Part shown: positions 17,611 to 27,185 of the stretch, one piece after another | How positions within the stretch are numbered: the first letter of the stretch is position 1 | How the letters are laid out: each line of letters opens with the position of its first letter | Assembly: GCA_012729095.1 (NCBI GenBank) | Contig: JAAYDU010000008.1 | Coordinates: 12,252 to 76,251 of the forward strand | Origin: Methanobacteriota archaeon | GTDB taxonomy: Archaea; Thermoplasmatota; Thermoplasmata; Methanomassiliicoccales; UBA472 | Direction of reading: 5' to 3' | DNA length: 64,000 nucleotides | Translations under genes and position numbers: made by a program | Notes under the pieces: generated by a model | Database searches by the model: none | The model's input: the letters and a program-made list of their open reading frames with translations, nothing else | What the model was told of the DNA's origin: nothing

Positions 17611-19407
17611 TCACTCCACGGTGACGCTCTTGGCCAGGTTCTTCGGCTTGTCGATGGAGCAATTGCGGCGCTTGGCCACGTAATAGGACAATGCCTGCAG
17701 GGCCACCGTCACCGGTATCGGCGAGAAGACCGGCTTGACCGGCGGAACGTATACCATACGCTCGCACAGCCTGGACAGGTCAGTGTCGCCCTCCACCCCC
17801 ACGCCGAGCACGGGGCTGTCCCGGGCCGCCACCTCCGATATGTTGGCCAGCATCTTCTCGTAGGTGTGATCGCCCTTTATCGCCACGGCGATCACCGGCG
17901 TTGAGGAATCCAGCAATGCAAGCGGCCCGTGCTTCAGCTCGCCGGCGGCGAAGCCTTCCGCGTGTATGTATGATATCTCCTTGAGCTTGAGGGCGCCTTC
18001 CATCATCGTCGGATAGTTGATGTTACGGCCGATGAAGAAGCAGTGCACCGCCTTGTCCACCATCCGGCTTGCCTCCTCGATGTCGTGTATGTGGTTCAGC
18101 ACCGACTGCACCATGTTGGACGATTGCCGCAGCGAGGATAGGGCGCTGCGCATGGAATCGTGGCTCAACGTTCCGTTGCCGTACCCGACGCGTATGGCCA
18201 GCAGGTACATGGCCAGAAGCTGTGTGAGAAAGGTCTTGGTGGCTGCCACCCCAATCTCGGGACCGGCCCGGGTGTACAGCACCTCGTCCACCTCCCTGGT
18301 TATGGTGGACCCCACAATGTTCGTCACCGCCAAGGTGCGGCATCCCCGGCGCCTGGCCTCCCTGGCCGCGGCCAGGGTGTCGGCGGTCTCCCCGCTTTGG
18401 GTTATCAGTATGACCAGCGGGGCCTCGCGGGCCCCTGGTGAGTATCGATACTCCGAGGCCAGCTCCAGCGTGGTGGGCACCCCGGCGAACTCCTCCATGG
18501 CGTACTTACCGACCATGGCCGCGTGAAATGAAGAGCCGCAGGCCACTAGCTTCACCGAGGGGAAATCGATGCGTGGCAGCACCTCCCCGTTCTCTATGAG
18601 ATCGAGCGCCCCGAGCAGGGTGTTGTGGATCGCGTTCGGCCCTTCGAATATCTCTTTGAGCATGAAATGTTCGAAACCGCCCTTCTGGGCGTCCTCGGCG
18701 GACCAGGTAACCGCGGAGGGTTCCCTTTTCACCTCTATCCCCTCTTGGTCGTAGACGGCGACCCCTTTGGGAGTCAGCGACAGCGTCTCCCCGTCCATTA
18801 TGTACAGAACCTTGTTGGTATAGCTCAGCAGGGCCGTGACATCCGAGGCCAGGAAGTTCTCGTTCACTCCCAGACCGACCACCAGCGGGTTCTCCTTGCG
18901 GGCGGCGGCGATCTCCTGACTTCCCTCCAGCACAGCTGCTATGGCATACGTCCCCTCGATATCCTTCACCGTTTCGGCCAAGGCCTGACGGAGATCGCCC
19001 GAGTAGTGGGATTCCAAAAGATGCACCACCACCTCGGTGTCCGTTTCCGAGGTGAAGCGATGTCCTTCCGATTCCAAACGTTCCCGCAGGGATGTGTAGT
19101 TCTCGATTATCCCATTGTGGACAATGGCCAGCTTCCCGTCGCATGATATGAAGGGATGGGCGTTGCTATCGGACGGTCGGCCGCAGGTGGCCCAACGGGT
19201 GTGGCCTATTCCCGTTCTCCCCGTGAACTTGGGGAGCGCCCTATGCAGCACATCCAGCTCTCCCTGCTTTTTCAGGATCGTCAAACGGCCATCCTCCACC
19301 ATTGCGACGCCGGCGGAGTCATAACCGCGGTACTCCAGCCTCTTCAGACCTTCCATGAGCACCTCAGAGGCCCGACGATGGCCAGAATAACCGACTATGC
19401 CGCACAT
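17611..19407 (-). CDS. glmS: Glutamine--fructose-6-phosphate aminotransferase
   Basis: N-terminal MCGIVGY (catalytic Cys after Met), two SIS domains, and C-terminal KNLAKSVTVE. Start trimmed to ATG 19407, which overlaps the upstream stop (ATGA). Confidence 0.9.
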   Translation of the reverse strand: MCGIVGYSGHRRASEVLMEGLKRLEYRGYDSAGVAMVEDGRLTILKKQGELDVLHRALPKFTGRTGIGHTRWATCGRPSDSNAHPFISCDGKLAIVHNGIIENYTSLRERLESEGHRFTSETDTEVVVHLLESHYSGDLRQALAETVKDIEGTYAIAAVLEGSQEIAAARKENPLVVGLGVNENFLASDVTALLSYTNKVLYIMDGETLSLTPKGVAVYDQEGIEVKREPSAVTWSAEDAQKGGFEHFMLKEIFEGPNAIHNTLLGALDLIENGEVLPRIDFPSVKLVACGSSFHAAMVGKYAMEEFAGVPTTLELASEYRYSPGAREAPLVILITQSGETADTLAAAREARRRGCRTLAVTNIVGSTITREVDEVLYTRAGPEIGVAATKTFLTQLLAMYLLAIRVGYGNGTLSHDSMRSALSSLRQSSNMVQSVLNHIHDIEEASRMVDKAVHCFFIGRNINYPTMMEGALKLKEISYIHAEGFAAGELKHGPLALLDSSTPVIAVAIKGDHTYEKMLANISEVAARDSPVLGVGVEGDTDLSRLCERMVYVPPVKPVFSPIPVTVALQALSYYVAKRRNCSIDKPKNLAKSVTVE

Positions 19408-20597
19408 CAGACCACTATGCTCCTGTCCTCGAGCGATCCGCTTACCTTGGCACCGGCCCCCACGCGGGACTTCGCTCCCACGATCGTGCCGGCGGACAGC
19501 ACGACCTTGGGACCGATCTGGGTGAACTCGCCGACCATGCTTCCAGCCTTCTCCACCTTGAAGAAGTCGTCCTCCACCCTGACCTGAGCCGGGCCAGATG
19601 GGGCGGAGAAGCCGGTCATTATGCGGCATCCGTCATCGATGACGGCCCTCGATATGTGAGCGTGCGAGCCTATGGAGACGTTGTTCATGATCATGGAATT
19701 GTTGATGGCAGTGAAGGGAGCTATGTGCACCCCGTTACCAATGCTGGTCGTCGGGAATATGGTCACGTACGGACCTATCTCGCACCCCTCGCCTATGGAC
19801 ACCGGTCCCTCTATGTAGCAACCGGCGCGTATCCTGGAGCCAGCGCCCACGTACACGGGGCCGCGCATGGTCACACCGGACTCGATGGCCCCGGATGTCT
19901 GCTGGCCGGAGAGGCTGAAGGCGTACTCGTTAAGCCGGACCAGGTCCCATGGGTACACGGCGTCCATCCAGCGGCCGGTGGACCGTACCGCCTCGATCCT
20001 TAGGCGGGGCATGCAACTGTGCAGAACGTGGGTTATGCCGGACTTTCCGGCCATCACGCCCTTCTCCAGGTGGTCGAATATCCCGGGCGAGAAACGGTAT
20101 ATGCCTGTGTTGATGATGTTGCCCACCTTCTTGTCCGGCTTCTCTATTATGTCCATCACCTTCCCGGACTCTATCTGTACGACCCCGTACTTGGAGGGCA
20201 TCTCGGAATCGGTGACCAGCATGGCCATGCTGCCCTTGTGCTTGAGAAGGTCGGATATCACCTGGGCGTCAATGATGTTGTCCCCGGCCACCATGATGAA
20301 GTCCTCTTTGATCTGGTCCCTGACCGCCAGCGCAGCGTGCGCTGTACCCAGCTGCTTCTCCTGTATCGCATATGATATGCGCACCCCGAAGCGCGAGCCG
20401 TTCCCGAAGAAGGACATGATGCGTTCCTTCATGTAGCCCACGACCAGTATGATGTCGGTTATCCCATTGGCCGCCACGGCGCGCACGACGTACTCAAGGA
20501 TGGGACGGTTGCCGATGGGGATCATTACCTTGGGCCTGGAAACGGTGAACGGGCGCAGCCTGGTTCCCTCCCCGGCGGCCAGAATGACAGCTTTCAT
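19407..20597 (-). CDS. Bifunctional sugar-1-phosphate nucleotidyltransferase/acetyltransferase (archaeal GlmU-like)
   Basis: MKAVILAAGEGTRLRPFT nucleotidyltransferase loop, with C-terminal left-handed beta-helix hexapeptide repeats. Coupled to glmS. Start trimmed to ATG 20597. Confidence 0.8.
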   Translation of the reverse strand: MKAVILAAGEGTRLRPFTVSRPKVMIPIGNRPILEYVVRAVAANGITDIILVVGYMKERIMSFFGNGSRFGVRISYAIQEKQLGTAHAALAVRDQIKEDFIMVAGDNIIDAQVISDLLKHKGSMAMLVTDSEMPSKYGVVQIESGKVMDIIEKPDKKVGNIINTGIYRFSPGIFDHLEKGVMAGKSGITHVLHSCMPRLRIEAVRSTGRWMDAVYPWDLVRLNEYAFSLSGQQTSGAIESGVTMRGPVYVGAGSRIRAGCYIEGPVSIGEGCEIGPYVTIFPTTSIGNGVHIAPFTAINNSMIMNNVSIGSHAHISRAVIDDGCRIMTGFSAPSGPAQVRVEDDFFKVEKAGSMVGEFTQIGPKVVLSAGTIVGAKSRVGAGAKVSGSLEDRSIVV

Positions 20598-20733
20598 CAA
20601 AGGGTCCTCTGGACATAGCCATCCCTGTGGCCGTTTATTAATCTTTTTCGCGGCCCGCTCAATACCGGTAACTGATAATGAGGAGGAAAGTTGTTTAAAA
20701 ATCGACAAGGGTCAAGCGCCCAAGGTTCACCAA

Positions 20734-22167
20734 ATGCCCGTTCCATATATTTCCGCATTGCCTGTCGAGATCGTTCAGTTCTTGGACAACCCCGGGGGCC
20801 ATTCCCTGCTCGTCCGGGGCAATGCAGGCACCGGAAAGACCACTTTCGCCCTGCAGGTGGCAGAGGAGCTCAAGGACCGCCAGAAGGCGCATTACCTGTC
20901 CACGAGGGTCTCCGATCCCTCATTGCTCAGGCAGTTCCCTTGGCTGAACGAGCGGCTTCTGGCCAGGGATGAGACCGGGACCCGGCGCCGCTCGGGCTTT
21001 GGGCGCCTCAAGGGAGTGGGGTCCGGCGACCTGATGGTTCCCAGGCGGGAGATGGCCGTCACCATCGGACGGACCATGCCCGATCTGGAGAACCTCTATG
21101 ACCTGGTGGAGAAGGGCGATGGGCGAATGCTGGTCATAATCGACAGCATCGACGCCCTGGCCGACCGCTACGAGCTGCAGTGTCGGGAGCTGATCAGCGC
21201 CCTTCAGCGAGACCTGGTGGAGGGGCATGGGGCGAACCTGCTCTTCGTCCTGGAGAGCAATGACCAAATGCTCGATTACATCGGGGACGGCGTTGTGAAG
21301 TGCAGCAGGGTGGAGCACGGTAGGAGGCTGGTGAGGGAGATGGACCTGATGAAGCTGAGAGGGGTGGAGGTGCAGCAGCCCCTGTACCTTTTCAGCCTCA
21401 AAGGAGGCAAGTTCCGATGCTTTGGGGCCAGATGGAACACTGGCCACGACAAGGGCGCGCGGTTCATCAGGCCGGACGACCCTTCAGGTCGCTTTTCCTA
21501 TGGGATAACGGACCTGGACGCCATGACCGGGGGGCTCTGTCCCGGAACGGTCACGCTGATCGAGCTAGGACCCGGCCTCCCCCCGACCGTGAGCGGTCTG
21601 CTGGAGAGGTCACTGGTCTCCAGCTTCGCCAAGGCCGGGCGGGGGGTGATCTGGGTGCCCCTGCGCAAGGAGAGCGGTGCGGGTGCCCGGGGGCTTTTGC
21701 AGAACGCCCTGACCGACACGGAGATGGAGAAGGCGGTGAGAGTGGTGGAGCCAGCCTCCCAGATGGACCTGGGGAGCGGGAGATACGTCATGGCCGTGGA
21801 AGGGGCGAGGGCCTTGGACGACCTGAAGTGGAAGAACATCGTGTACGCCTTGGACGGAAGTTCGCAGCCGTTCCTGTCGATCATGGGATTCGATTCCCTG
21901 GAATCGATGTACGGCGGGGATGTAATGGAAGGACTGGTGGACCACCTGTCCGCGGTGAAGAGGAACGGGGGGGCCTTCGTCGGCCTGACCGCTCCAACCT
22001 CCCGTTCCACGGCCCGCCTGGCAGACCTGGCCTCGGTGCACCTGAAGTTGGAGAGGATAGGTGGAACGGTGGTGCTCTACGGCAGCAAGCCTTTCACCGA
22101 GTGCTTCGCCCTTACCGTGCAGGAAAGACCCCGGGGAGGGTGCGTGTCCCTGACACCGCTGGTATGA
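20734..22167 (+). CDS. Two-domain KaiC/RecA-like ATPase (first domain with canonical P-loop, second degenerate)
   Basis: LLVRGNAGTGKTTFALQ (Walker A) and MLVIIDSIDAL (Walker B). The second domain reads DAMTGGLCPGTVTLIELGPGLPPTV, with no Lys-Ser/Thr. Start set at ATG 20734, because the upstream part of the track ORF is antisense to the glmU-like gene. Confidence 0.7.
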   Translation: MPVPYISALPVEIVQFLDNPGGHSLLVRGNAGTGKTTFALQVAEELKDRQKAHYLSTRVSDPSLLRQFPWLNERLLARDETGTRRRSGFGRLKGVGSGDLMVPRREMAVTIGRTMPDLENLYDLVEKGDGRMLVIIDSIDALADRYELQCRELISALQRDLVEGHGANLLFVLESNDQMLDYIGDGVVKCSRVEHGRRLVREMDLMKLRGVEVQQPLYLFSLKGGKFRCFGARWNTGHDKGARFIRPDDPSGRFSYGITDLDAMTGGLCPGTVTLIELGPGLPPTVSGLLERSLVSSFAKAGRGVIWVPLRKESGAGARGLLQNALTDTEMEKAVRVVEPASQMDLGSGRYVMAVEGARALDDLKWKNIVYALDGSSQPFLSIMGFDSLESMYGGDVMEGLVDHLSAVKRNGGAFVGLTAPTSRSTARLADLASVHLKLERIGGTVVLYGSKPFTECFALTVQERPRGGCVSLTPLV

Positions 22168-22177
22168 GGTGCTGAGA

Positions 22178-22858
22178 ATGTTCAAGACCAACTTTCCACA
22201 GATGTGCTCCGTCCTCGTGCTAGGCACCCCGGGAGTGGGGCTGCTGGAGTTCCAGTTGAGCATGGTAAAGGAATACCTGGACCGTGGGGAGCCGGTCGTC
22301 TTCGTCACGATGGACATGATACCCAGGGACCTGATGGCGGCCATGGAGCGATTCGGGATCTCCCTGGACCTCCTGGGAAAGGGGCTTTACATCATCGATT
22401 ACCATTCCTGCCTGCTGGGCAACTCGGACGAGAGGGAGATGCCGGAACGCGCCAAGGTGCGCCGCATACATGACCTTGAGGGCATCATGTTCAATGTGGC
22501 CAGCATCTTCGCGGAGGAGAAGAGGCCGCTCAGGGTTTTCATGCACACCCTCTCCACGCTATTCCTGTACAACCAGGCAAGCGTGGTGCTGAAGTTCTTC
22601 CAGATCAGCACCTCCCGCATACGGAGCGAGTACGGAATGACCGTGGTGTCCGTGTTCGACGGGGTGCATGACGAGAAGGCCCTCAATCACCTGGTCGCGC
22701 TTGCGGACGGGGTGCTCGAGCTGCGCTTCGACAACGATCTGAACAGGGTGCTCAGGGTGCGCCACATGAGGGGCATGTCGGTCCCGGGACGCTGGATACC
22801 TTTCGAGATCGCCCCGGGAGGGGGAGAACCCCTGACCCCAGTGCTGGAATGGAAATGA
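22178..22858 (+). CDS. Single-domain KaiC/RecA-like protein with a degenerate P-loop
   Basis: VLVLGTPGVGLLEF at the Walker A position (GLL replaces GK[ST]), and VVFVTMD. GGTG lies 6 nt upstream of ATG 22178. The track start GTG 22169 is also possible. Confidence 0.6.
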   Translation: MFKTNFPQMCSVLVLGTPGVGLLEFQLSMVKEYLDRGEPVVFVTMDMIPRDLMAAMERFGISLDLLGKGLYIIDYHSCLLGNSDEREMPERAKVRRIHDLEGIMFNVASIFAEEKRPLRVFMHTLSTLFLYNQASVVLKFFQISTSRIRSEYGMTVVSVFDGVHDEKALNHLVALADGVLELRFDNDLNRVLRVRHMRGMSVPGRWIPFEIAPGGGEPLTPVLEWK

Positions 22859-23083
22859 TCACTCTTCCGCGGCCTCTATGACCCCGTAGAGAGCACGGTT
22901 TAGCTCTTGGACGGCGCGGGCCGTGGCCCTGGAATACAAGGGGCATTCCAGCTTGGGCCGGACCACCACCTCTTTCTTTCGGCAGTATACAAGCTGGTCG
23001 CTTAGCCCCAGCTCGGGGCGGTTCTCGCGGTGCAGGCAGGAAAAACAGAGCTTGTTCGTCATCCGGGGCGTTCTAACGAGCAT
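22859..23083 (-). CDS. Small Cys-containing hypothetical protein (possible zinc-binding)
   Basis: 74-aa ORF (or 67 aa from ATG 23062, MTNKLCFSC..YC..EC) directly downstream of the glpC-like gene. No family recognised. Confidence 0.35.
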   Translation of the reverse strand: MLVRTPRMTNKLCFSCLHRENRPELGLSDQLVYCRKKEVVVRPKLECPLYSRATARAVQELNRALYGVIEAAEE

Positions 23084-23101
23084 GGTGTATTTGATGCTTC
23101 C

Positions 23102-24088
23102 TCAGCGTTTCGGCGCCAGGGCCTCCCCGATGTCCAGGACCCTTATGCCCTGCCTTCCCAGGTTCAGGGAACAGAAGGGGCAGGCGGTTATGATGCCGTC
23201 CACGCCGGTCGAGCGGTACATCTGGACCTTGTTCCTGGCGATGGAGCTGGAAGTCTCCGGGAATCCAGCGAGCATGCCGCCCCCGCCACCGCAGCAGCAG
23301 TCCTCCCCGGGCACCCTGACCACATCCACCCCCGCGGCCACGAGAACGCTGGCCATGTCGTCTGCGGCCCAGGGGCTGAGCCCGCGTTTCAGGTGGCAGG
23401 GTACCTGCAGGGCCCAACGGCCATCCAGCTTGGAACGCGGGTCTGACCCCTTCAGCACTTCGACCATGTGCTCCGCCCTGATGCCGTACACCTCCCGCAG
23501 CTGGTTGGTGCATCCCGGGCAGGAGGTGATCACCCGGTCATAGCGGGAGAACACCTCCATGTTCCGGCGCCTCAGGTCCTCGGCCACCCCCGTGGCCCCT
23601 ATCTTGAGCAGGGGGGAGCCGCAGCAGACGGCGGCGCTTGAGATATCGTGGGAAACCCCTAGGGCGGTGAGCAGCGAGGAGGCTGCCTCCGTGAGGTGGG
23701 TCAGCCGTCCCAGTCCGATGCATCCCGGGAAGTAAAGCGTGCGATTTCCTTCCTCCCTCCAGCCCTTGAACTCCGTGCTGACGGTGCGACCGCACGAGGC
23801 GATGTTGTCCATCATCCTCCGGTGACCGGGAAGCCTGTCTGCCTCATTGAGGCCGGACCTAAGCCTGAGCATGGATAGGGTGAGGGATATCCCCGAGGGG
23901 CAGGCCCACTCGCAGGCGTGGCACATGGTGCACATGAGGGCGATCTGGCCAATGCTATCCCGTTCCGGGAATCGCGGCGCGTCCACCCCTGCCCCGCGAG
24001 GCCCGGGGAACCCGGGGCCCAGGGGGTCGTTGAGCACCGGGCATGCCCGCGTGCAGCTACCGCACTTTATGCACCTGTCCTCGTTCAT
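23102..24088 (-). CDS. glpC: Anaerobic glycerol-3-phosphate dehydrogenase subunit C-like Fe-S protein
   Basis: Two 4Fe-4S ferredoxin motifs, CIKCGSCTRACP and CTMCHACEWACP, plus two Cys-rich CCG-type regions (CCG.P, CPFC). Confidence 0.7.
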   Translation of the reverse strand: MNEDRCIKCGSCTRACPVLNDPLGPGFPGPRGAGVDAPRFPERDSIGQIALMCTMCHACEWACPSGISLTLSMLRLRSGLNEADRLPGHRRMMDNIASCGRTVSTEFKGWREEGNRTLYFPGCIGLGRLTHLTEAASSLLTALGVSHDISSAAVCCGSPLLKIGATGVAEDLRRRNMEVFSRYDRVITSCPGCTNQLREVYGIRAEHMVEVLKGSDPRSKLDGRWALQVPCHLKRGLSPWAADDMASVLVAAGVDVVRVPGEDCCCGGGGGMLAGFPETSSSIARNKVQMYRSTGVDGIITACPFCSLNLGRQGIRVLDIGEALAPKR

Positions 24089-25134
24089 GCTCCCTCCAGC
24101 GCCATTACGGCCATACGGGCGCTATCCAAGGCTCCGGCCAGACCAGATCCGTGGTCCCTTCGCTCGGAGTACACGCAGTCCCCGGCAGCGACGGCATTGG
24201 CCATCCTTCGTCCGTCCACGCGGACCATCATGCCTTCCCTGCTCGCGTACCCGCCCCTCAGAGCATCGGTGGAGCGCGCGACCTGGAAAACACCGAAGGG
24301 ATCGTCAAGCTCCCGCCCCTTGATGTTGAGGCCGTCGACCAGGGGACCGCCGGTGGCGATCACGGCCGCGTCCGTCGCGACCTCCTTGACCTCGGACCCG
24401 CCGGAGACGGTCGCCCCGCGTACCGTGTCCCCCTTTATATCGAGGGCGGTCACCCTTCTGCCGTCCCATATGGTCACCCCGGCCCCCGCGGCCCGCGCGT
24501 GCATCAGTTCCGTCAGCCGTAGACCGGGGGGGCCGAGAGGGGTTACGGCCTCCAGCACCTTCCTTCCGCATTGGCGCTCCAACGCGTCCAACCTTCCATA
24601 TTCGCGCAGGGGGACCATTGCCGGCAGCAGGACAGCGTCGCTTGACGTGGTCCTCAGCGCTTTCGCCAGCAGCTCCCAGGACCCCTCGCTTCTGAACGCC
24701 GCCGTGAGCGGGACCTCTGGCGGGACGGCGATGGGCAGTGAAAGGTGTTCCGCCCTTATGCCCTGGGCGATCAGTAAGGAGGAGGCTATGCGGACATGGA
24801 TCGCTGGGTGCCCCTCGATGCTTACCACCGTGACGCTGCCTGGTGCCTCGCCGTATTTCCAGGTGGAGTGGCTGGGGGCCATCCAGCACCTGAAGGGCGT
24901 GCCGATCTTGCTCAGGCCCGCCCTCGCCCCCACCGCCCATGGCATGTGCTCATTGACAAGGAACTCGGCCATCTCCCTTTCACACCCCTCCGGCCTGGTC
25001 CTGATGCACCCGGTGGACATGGAGGTGCTCGGCGTGCCCCTTCCCACCAGAACGACTTCCTGGCCCTTCCTGGCAAGGAGCCATGATGAGAACAGCCCGG
25101 CTGCGCCGTTGCCGATCACCAGTACCCGGCTCAT
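24085..25134 (-). CDS. glpB: Anaerobic glycerol-3-phosphate dehydrogenase subunit B-like flavoprotein
   Basis: N-terminal dinucleotide fold VLVIGNGAAGLFS, located between the glpA-like and glpC-like genes with 4-nt overlaps on both sides. Confidence 0.65.
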   Translation of the reverse strand: MSRVLVIGNGAAGLFSSWLLARKGQEVVLVGRGTPSTSMSTGCIRTRPEGCEREMAEFLVNEHMPWAVGARAGLSKIGTPFRCWMAPSHSTWKYGEAPGSVTVVSIEGHPAIHVRIASSLLIAQGIRAEHLSLPIAVPPEVPLTAAFRSEGSWELLAKALRTTSSDAVLLPAMVPLREYGRLDALERQCGRKVLEAVTPLGPPGLRLTELMHARAAGAGVTIWDGRRVTALDIKGDTVRGATVSGGSEVKEVATDAAVIATGGPLVDGLNIKGRELDDPFGVFQVARSTDALRGGYASREGMMVRVDGRRMANAVAAGDCVYSERRDHGSGLAGALDSARMAVMALEGA

Positions 25135-26654
25135 TCCATTTCCCCCATGCCGTACACGCCGTTAAGGACATGTTCTCGCAGCAGCCCTTGTCGCAACTGG
25201 TCCCCGCTGGCCTGGGAAATCCCGTGTTCCCGTTCGCGCAGGAACTCCCTCAGTGCGAGCAGGGGGTCCATCTTTGCCCCCTGCATCATCAGTTCCAGGA
25301 CGGATAGCGTGCAATCGAGCCCCTGACAGTAACCCATGCCTGCCCTGGTCCTCCTCATAACATCGGCCAGGGTCAGTGCGTCACCGGTCTTCAGCACCGC
25401 GGTCACCTCCGATCGCAGCACCTGCTCGCAAGAACATATCACGCGCGTGTCGGACGTTGAAATGGAAGAAGCCATCCTGCCGTACTTGCGCCGCAGACGG
25501 GCGAGCGCGATGGAGCCCCCCTCCACATCAGCGGGCGGCCCCAGGGCCTCCAGATGCGTTCTGCATCCCGAGCTGTTGCCCAGCATGTCGCAGACCGTGT
25601 CTGATACCTTCTCCGCCATGAGCCTGTATGTGGTCAGTTTCCCACCGGCCACGCTCACCAGGTTGTCCACCGCGTCCCCTCTCGTTATGGAGAAGGAACG
25701 GCTGGCCTCCCGGCCGTTCCCTCCCAGCAGCGGACGCACCCCTCCGTACGCGCGAACGATCCTGCATCCGCGAAGGGATGGCAGCAGGGCGGATGTTTCC
25801 CTTAGCAGGAAATCGACGTCCTCCCTCGTCACCGCGGAATCGTCAGGGGACCTGGCCGGGCGGGAGGTGGTGCCTAGCACGGTAGAGGTGTGGCTGGGTA
25901 CCGCGATGTCCCCGTTGGATGGTTCCCTCAACCTGTTTATCACGTGGCGGCATTGACGGCCGTACGTCACCAGCATGCTTCCCTGGTCCAACCCCGCCCG
26001 GGCCGTGCAAGCGGCCAACCCGGCCACGTCGGCCACCCAGGCCCCGGAGGCGTTGACGACCACCTCTGGGACGATCGGGGATGAGAGCCTTCCGCGCCTG
26101 TCCTGAACATCGACCCTGACTATCCTTCCGTCCTCGACCGTCATACCGGTGACGGCACAGTGGTTCAGGGCCAAGGCCCCGGCCTCCCTGGCATCACATA
26201 TGTTCGCCTGGACCAGGGAGAAAGGGTCCACTGAACCGTCGGGAACGCGGAAGCACCTGACGGCCAGCGGGTTCAGACCCGGCTCGGAGGACGTTGCCTC
26301 CTCCGCCCCGATCTCCTCCGTTGGGACGCCGGTGGAACGGCAGGCGTCCTTGAACCTGTCCGCGAAGAGCGGATCGTCCTCCGGCAGCGAAACGAAAAGG
26401 CCGCCGGTGTCCTCGATGCAGAAGGGCGCGATCCTTTTGAGGACGGTGTTCTCCACCGCGCACTCCGCGGCCGAACCGGGGTCCTTGACCACGTAACGCC
26501 CTCCGCTGTGAAGGAGCCCGTGATTGCCGCCGCTGGCGCCGTGGCAGAAATCCCCCATATCCAGCAGGAGGCAGTCCACCCCGCGCAGGGCGAGGTCCCT
26601 GGCTATGCCCGCCCCGGTGGCCCCTCCTCCGATTATGAGAACGTCCTTGCGCAT
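25131..26654 (-). CDS. glpA: FAD-dependent (anaerobic-type) glycerol-3-phosphate dehydrogenase subunit A
   Basis: MRKDVLIIGGGATGAGIARDLALRG FAD fold, and a C-terminal BFD-like [2Fe-2S] region (ICSCE..GYCQG..C). Start trimmed to ATG 26654, because the track extension runs through the tRNA gene. Confidence 0.8.
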   Translation of the reverse strand: MRKDVLIIGGGATGAGIARDLALRGVDCLLLDMGDFCHGASGGNHGLLHSGGRYVVKDPGSAAECAVENTVLKRIAPFCIEDTGGLFVSLPEDDPLFADRFKDACRSTGVPTEEIGAEEATSSEPGLNPLAVRCFRVPDGSVDPFSLVQANICDAREAGALALNHCAVTGMTVEDGRIVRVDVQDRRGRLSSPIVPEVVVNASGAWVADVAGLAACTARAGLDQGSMLVTYGRQCRHVINRLREPSNGDIAVPSHTSTVLGTTSRPARSPDDSAVTREDVDFLLRETSALLPSLRGCRIVRAYGGVRPLLGGNGREASRSFSITRGDAVDNLVSVAGGKLTTYRLMAEKVSDTVCDMLGNSSGCRTHLEALGPPADVEGGSIALARLRRKYGRMASSISTSDTRVICSCEQVLRSEVTAVLKTGDALTLADVMRRTRAGMGYCQGLDCTLSVLELMMQGAKMDPLLALREFLREREHGISQASGDQLRQGLLREHVLNGVYGMGEME

Positions 26655-26713
26655 GTGATCAAGCGAAAAGGAATGGACGGGGCCATATATGGAAGTTGAG
26701 AGAACATGGAAAG

Positions 26714-26788
26714 TAGCGGGGGGTCGATTTGAACGACCGGTCTCCGGGTTATGAGCCCGACGGGATGTCCTGGCTACCCTACCCCGCT
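26714..26788 (-). tRNA. Initiator tRNA-Met (anticodon CAU)
   Basis: Reverse complement AGCGGGGTAGGGTAGCCAGGACATCCCGTCGGGCTCATAACCCGGAGACCGGTCGTTCAAATCGACCCCCCGCTA. It has an A1:U72 end pair, three G-C pairs closing the anticodon stem, loop CUCAUAA, and T-loop TTCAAAT. CCA is not encoded. Confidence 0.9.
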
Positions 26789-26817
26789 CTGGTATTTCCC
26801 CATCATGCGTAGGCCGG

Positions 26818-26824
26818 TTATAAA
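26818..26824 (-). promoter_or_regulatory. TATA-like box upstream of the initiator tRNA
   Basis: TTTATAA on the minus strand, about 30-35 nt upstream of the tRNA 5' end. Confidence 0.35.
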
Positions 26825-26851
26825 CCTTTCTACCCGCGAACGGCGGCTGGT

Positions 26852-27184
26852 TCAGAAGAACTTGCGCAGTTTCATGACATCTTCTAGAGACCCTTTGATG
26901 ACCACCTTGCGCAGGGCCCAGGCCTTCATTGGCTTCATCTTGCCGGTGAACAGCTCGTCGATGGTGCGGGGGTCGGAGCAGATCACGATGTCCGGGCCTT
27001 CGAGCAGCCCCTCGTCGAACTGCGATATGCAAGCGTCCCTGAGCAGGAAGGAATAGTGCTCGGTGCCCAGGTCGATGTTCACCTTCTTCTTGAGGGTGCC
27101 AACCTCCTCGCGGAGCTGGGCGTCGCAATGCATCTTATCGTTGAACTTGTCAATGGCGTTCAGTAGGTGATCCTTGGTGGTCAT
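26852..27184 (-). CDS. SCP2 (sterol-carrier-protein-2-like) domain protein
   Basis: 110 aa. C-terminal LFTGKMKPMKAWALRKVVIKGSLEDVMKLRKFF matches the SCP2 fold's terminal pattern. Confidence 0.6.
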   Translation of the reverse strand: MTTKDHLLNAIDKFNDKMHCDAQLREEVGTLKKKVNIDLGTEHYSFLLRDACISQFDEGLLEGPDIVICSDPRTIDELFTGKMKPMKAWALRKVVIKGSLEDVMKLRKFF

Positions 27185-27185
27185 A

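Noticed and set aside
25131-27128. 665-aa version of the glpA-like ORF.
   Set aside because: The first 158 codons are low-complexity Arg/His/Pro sequence that runs straight through the initiator tRNA gene (26714..26788). The FAD-binding fold begins at MRKDVLIIGGG (ATG 26654).
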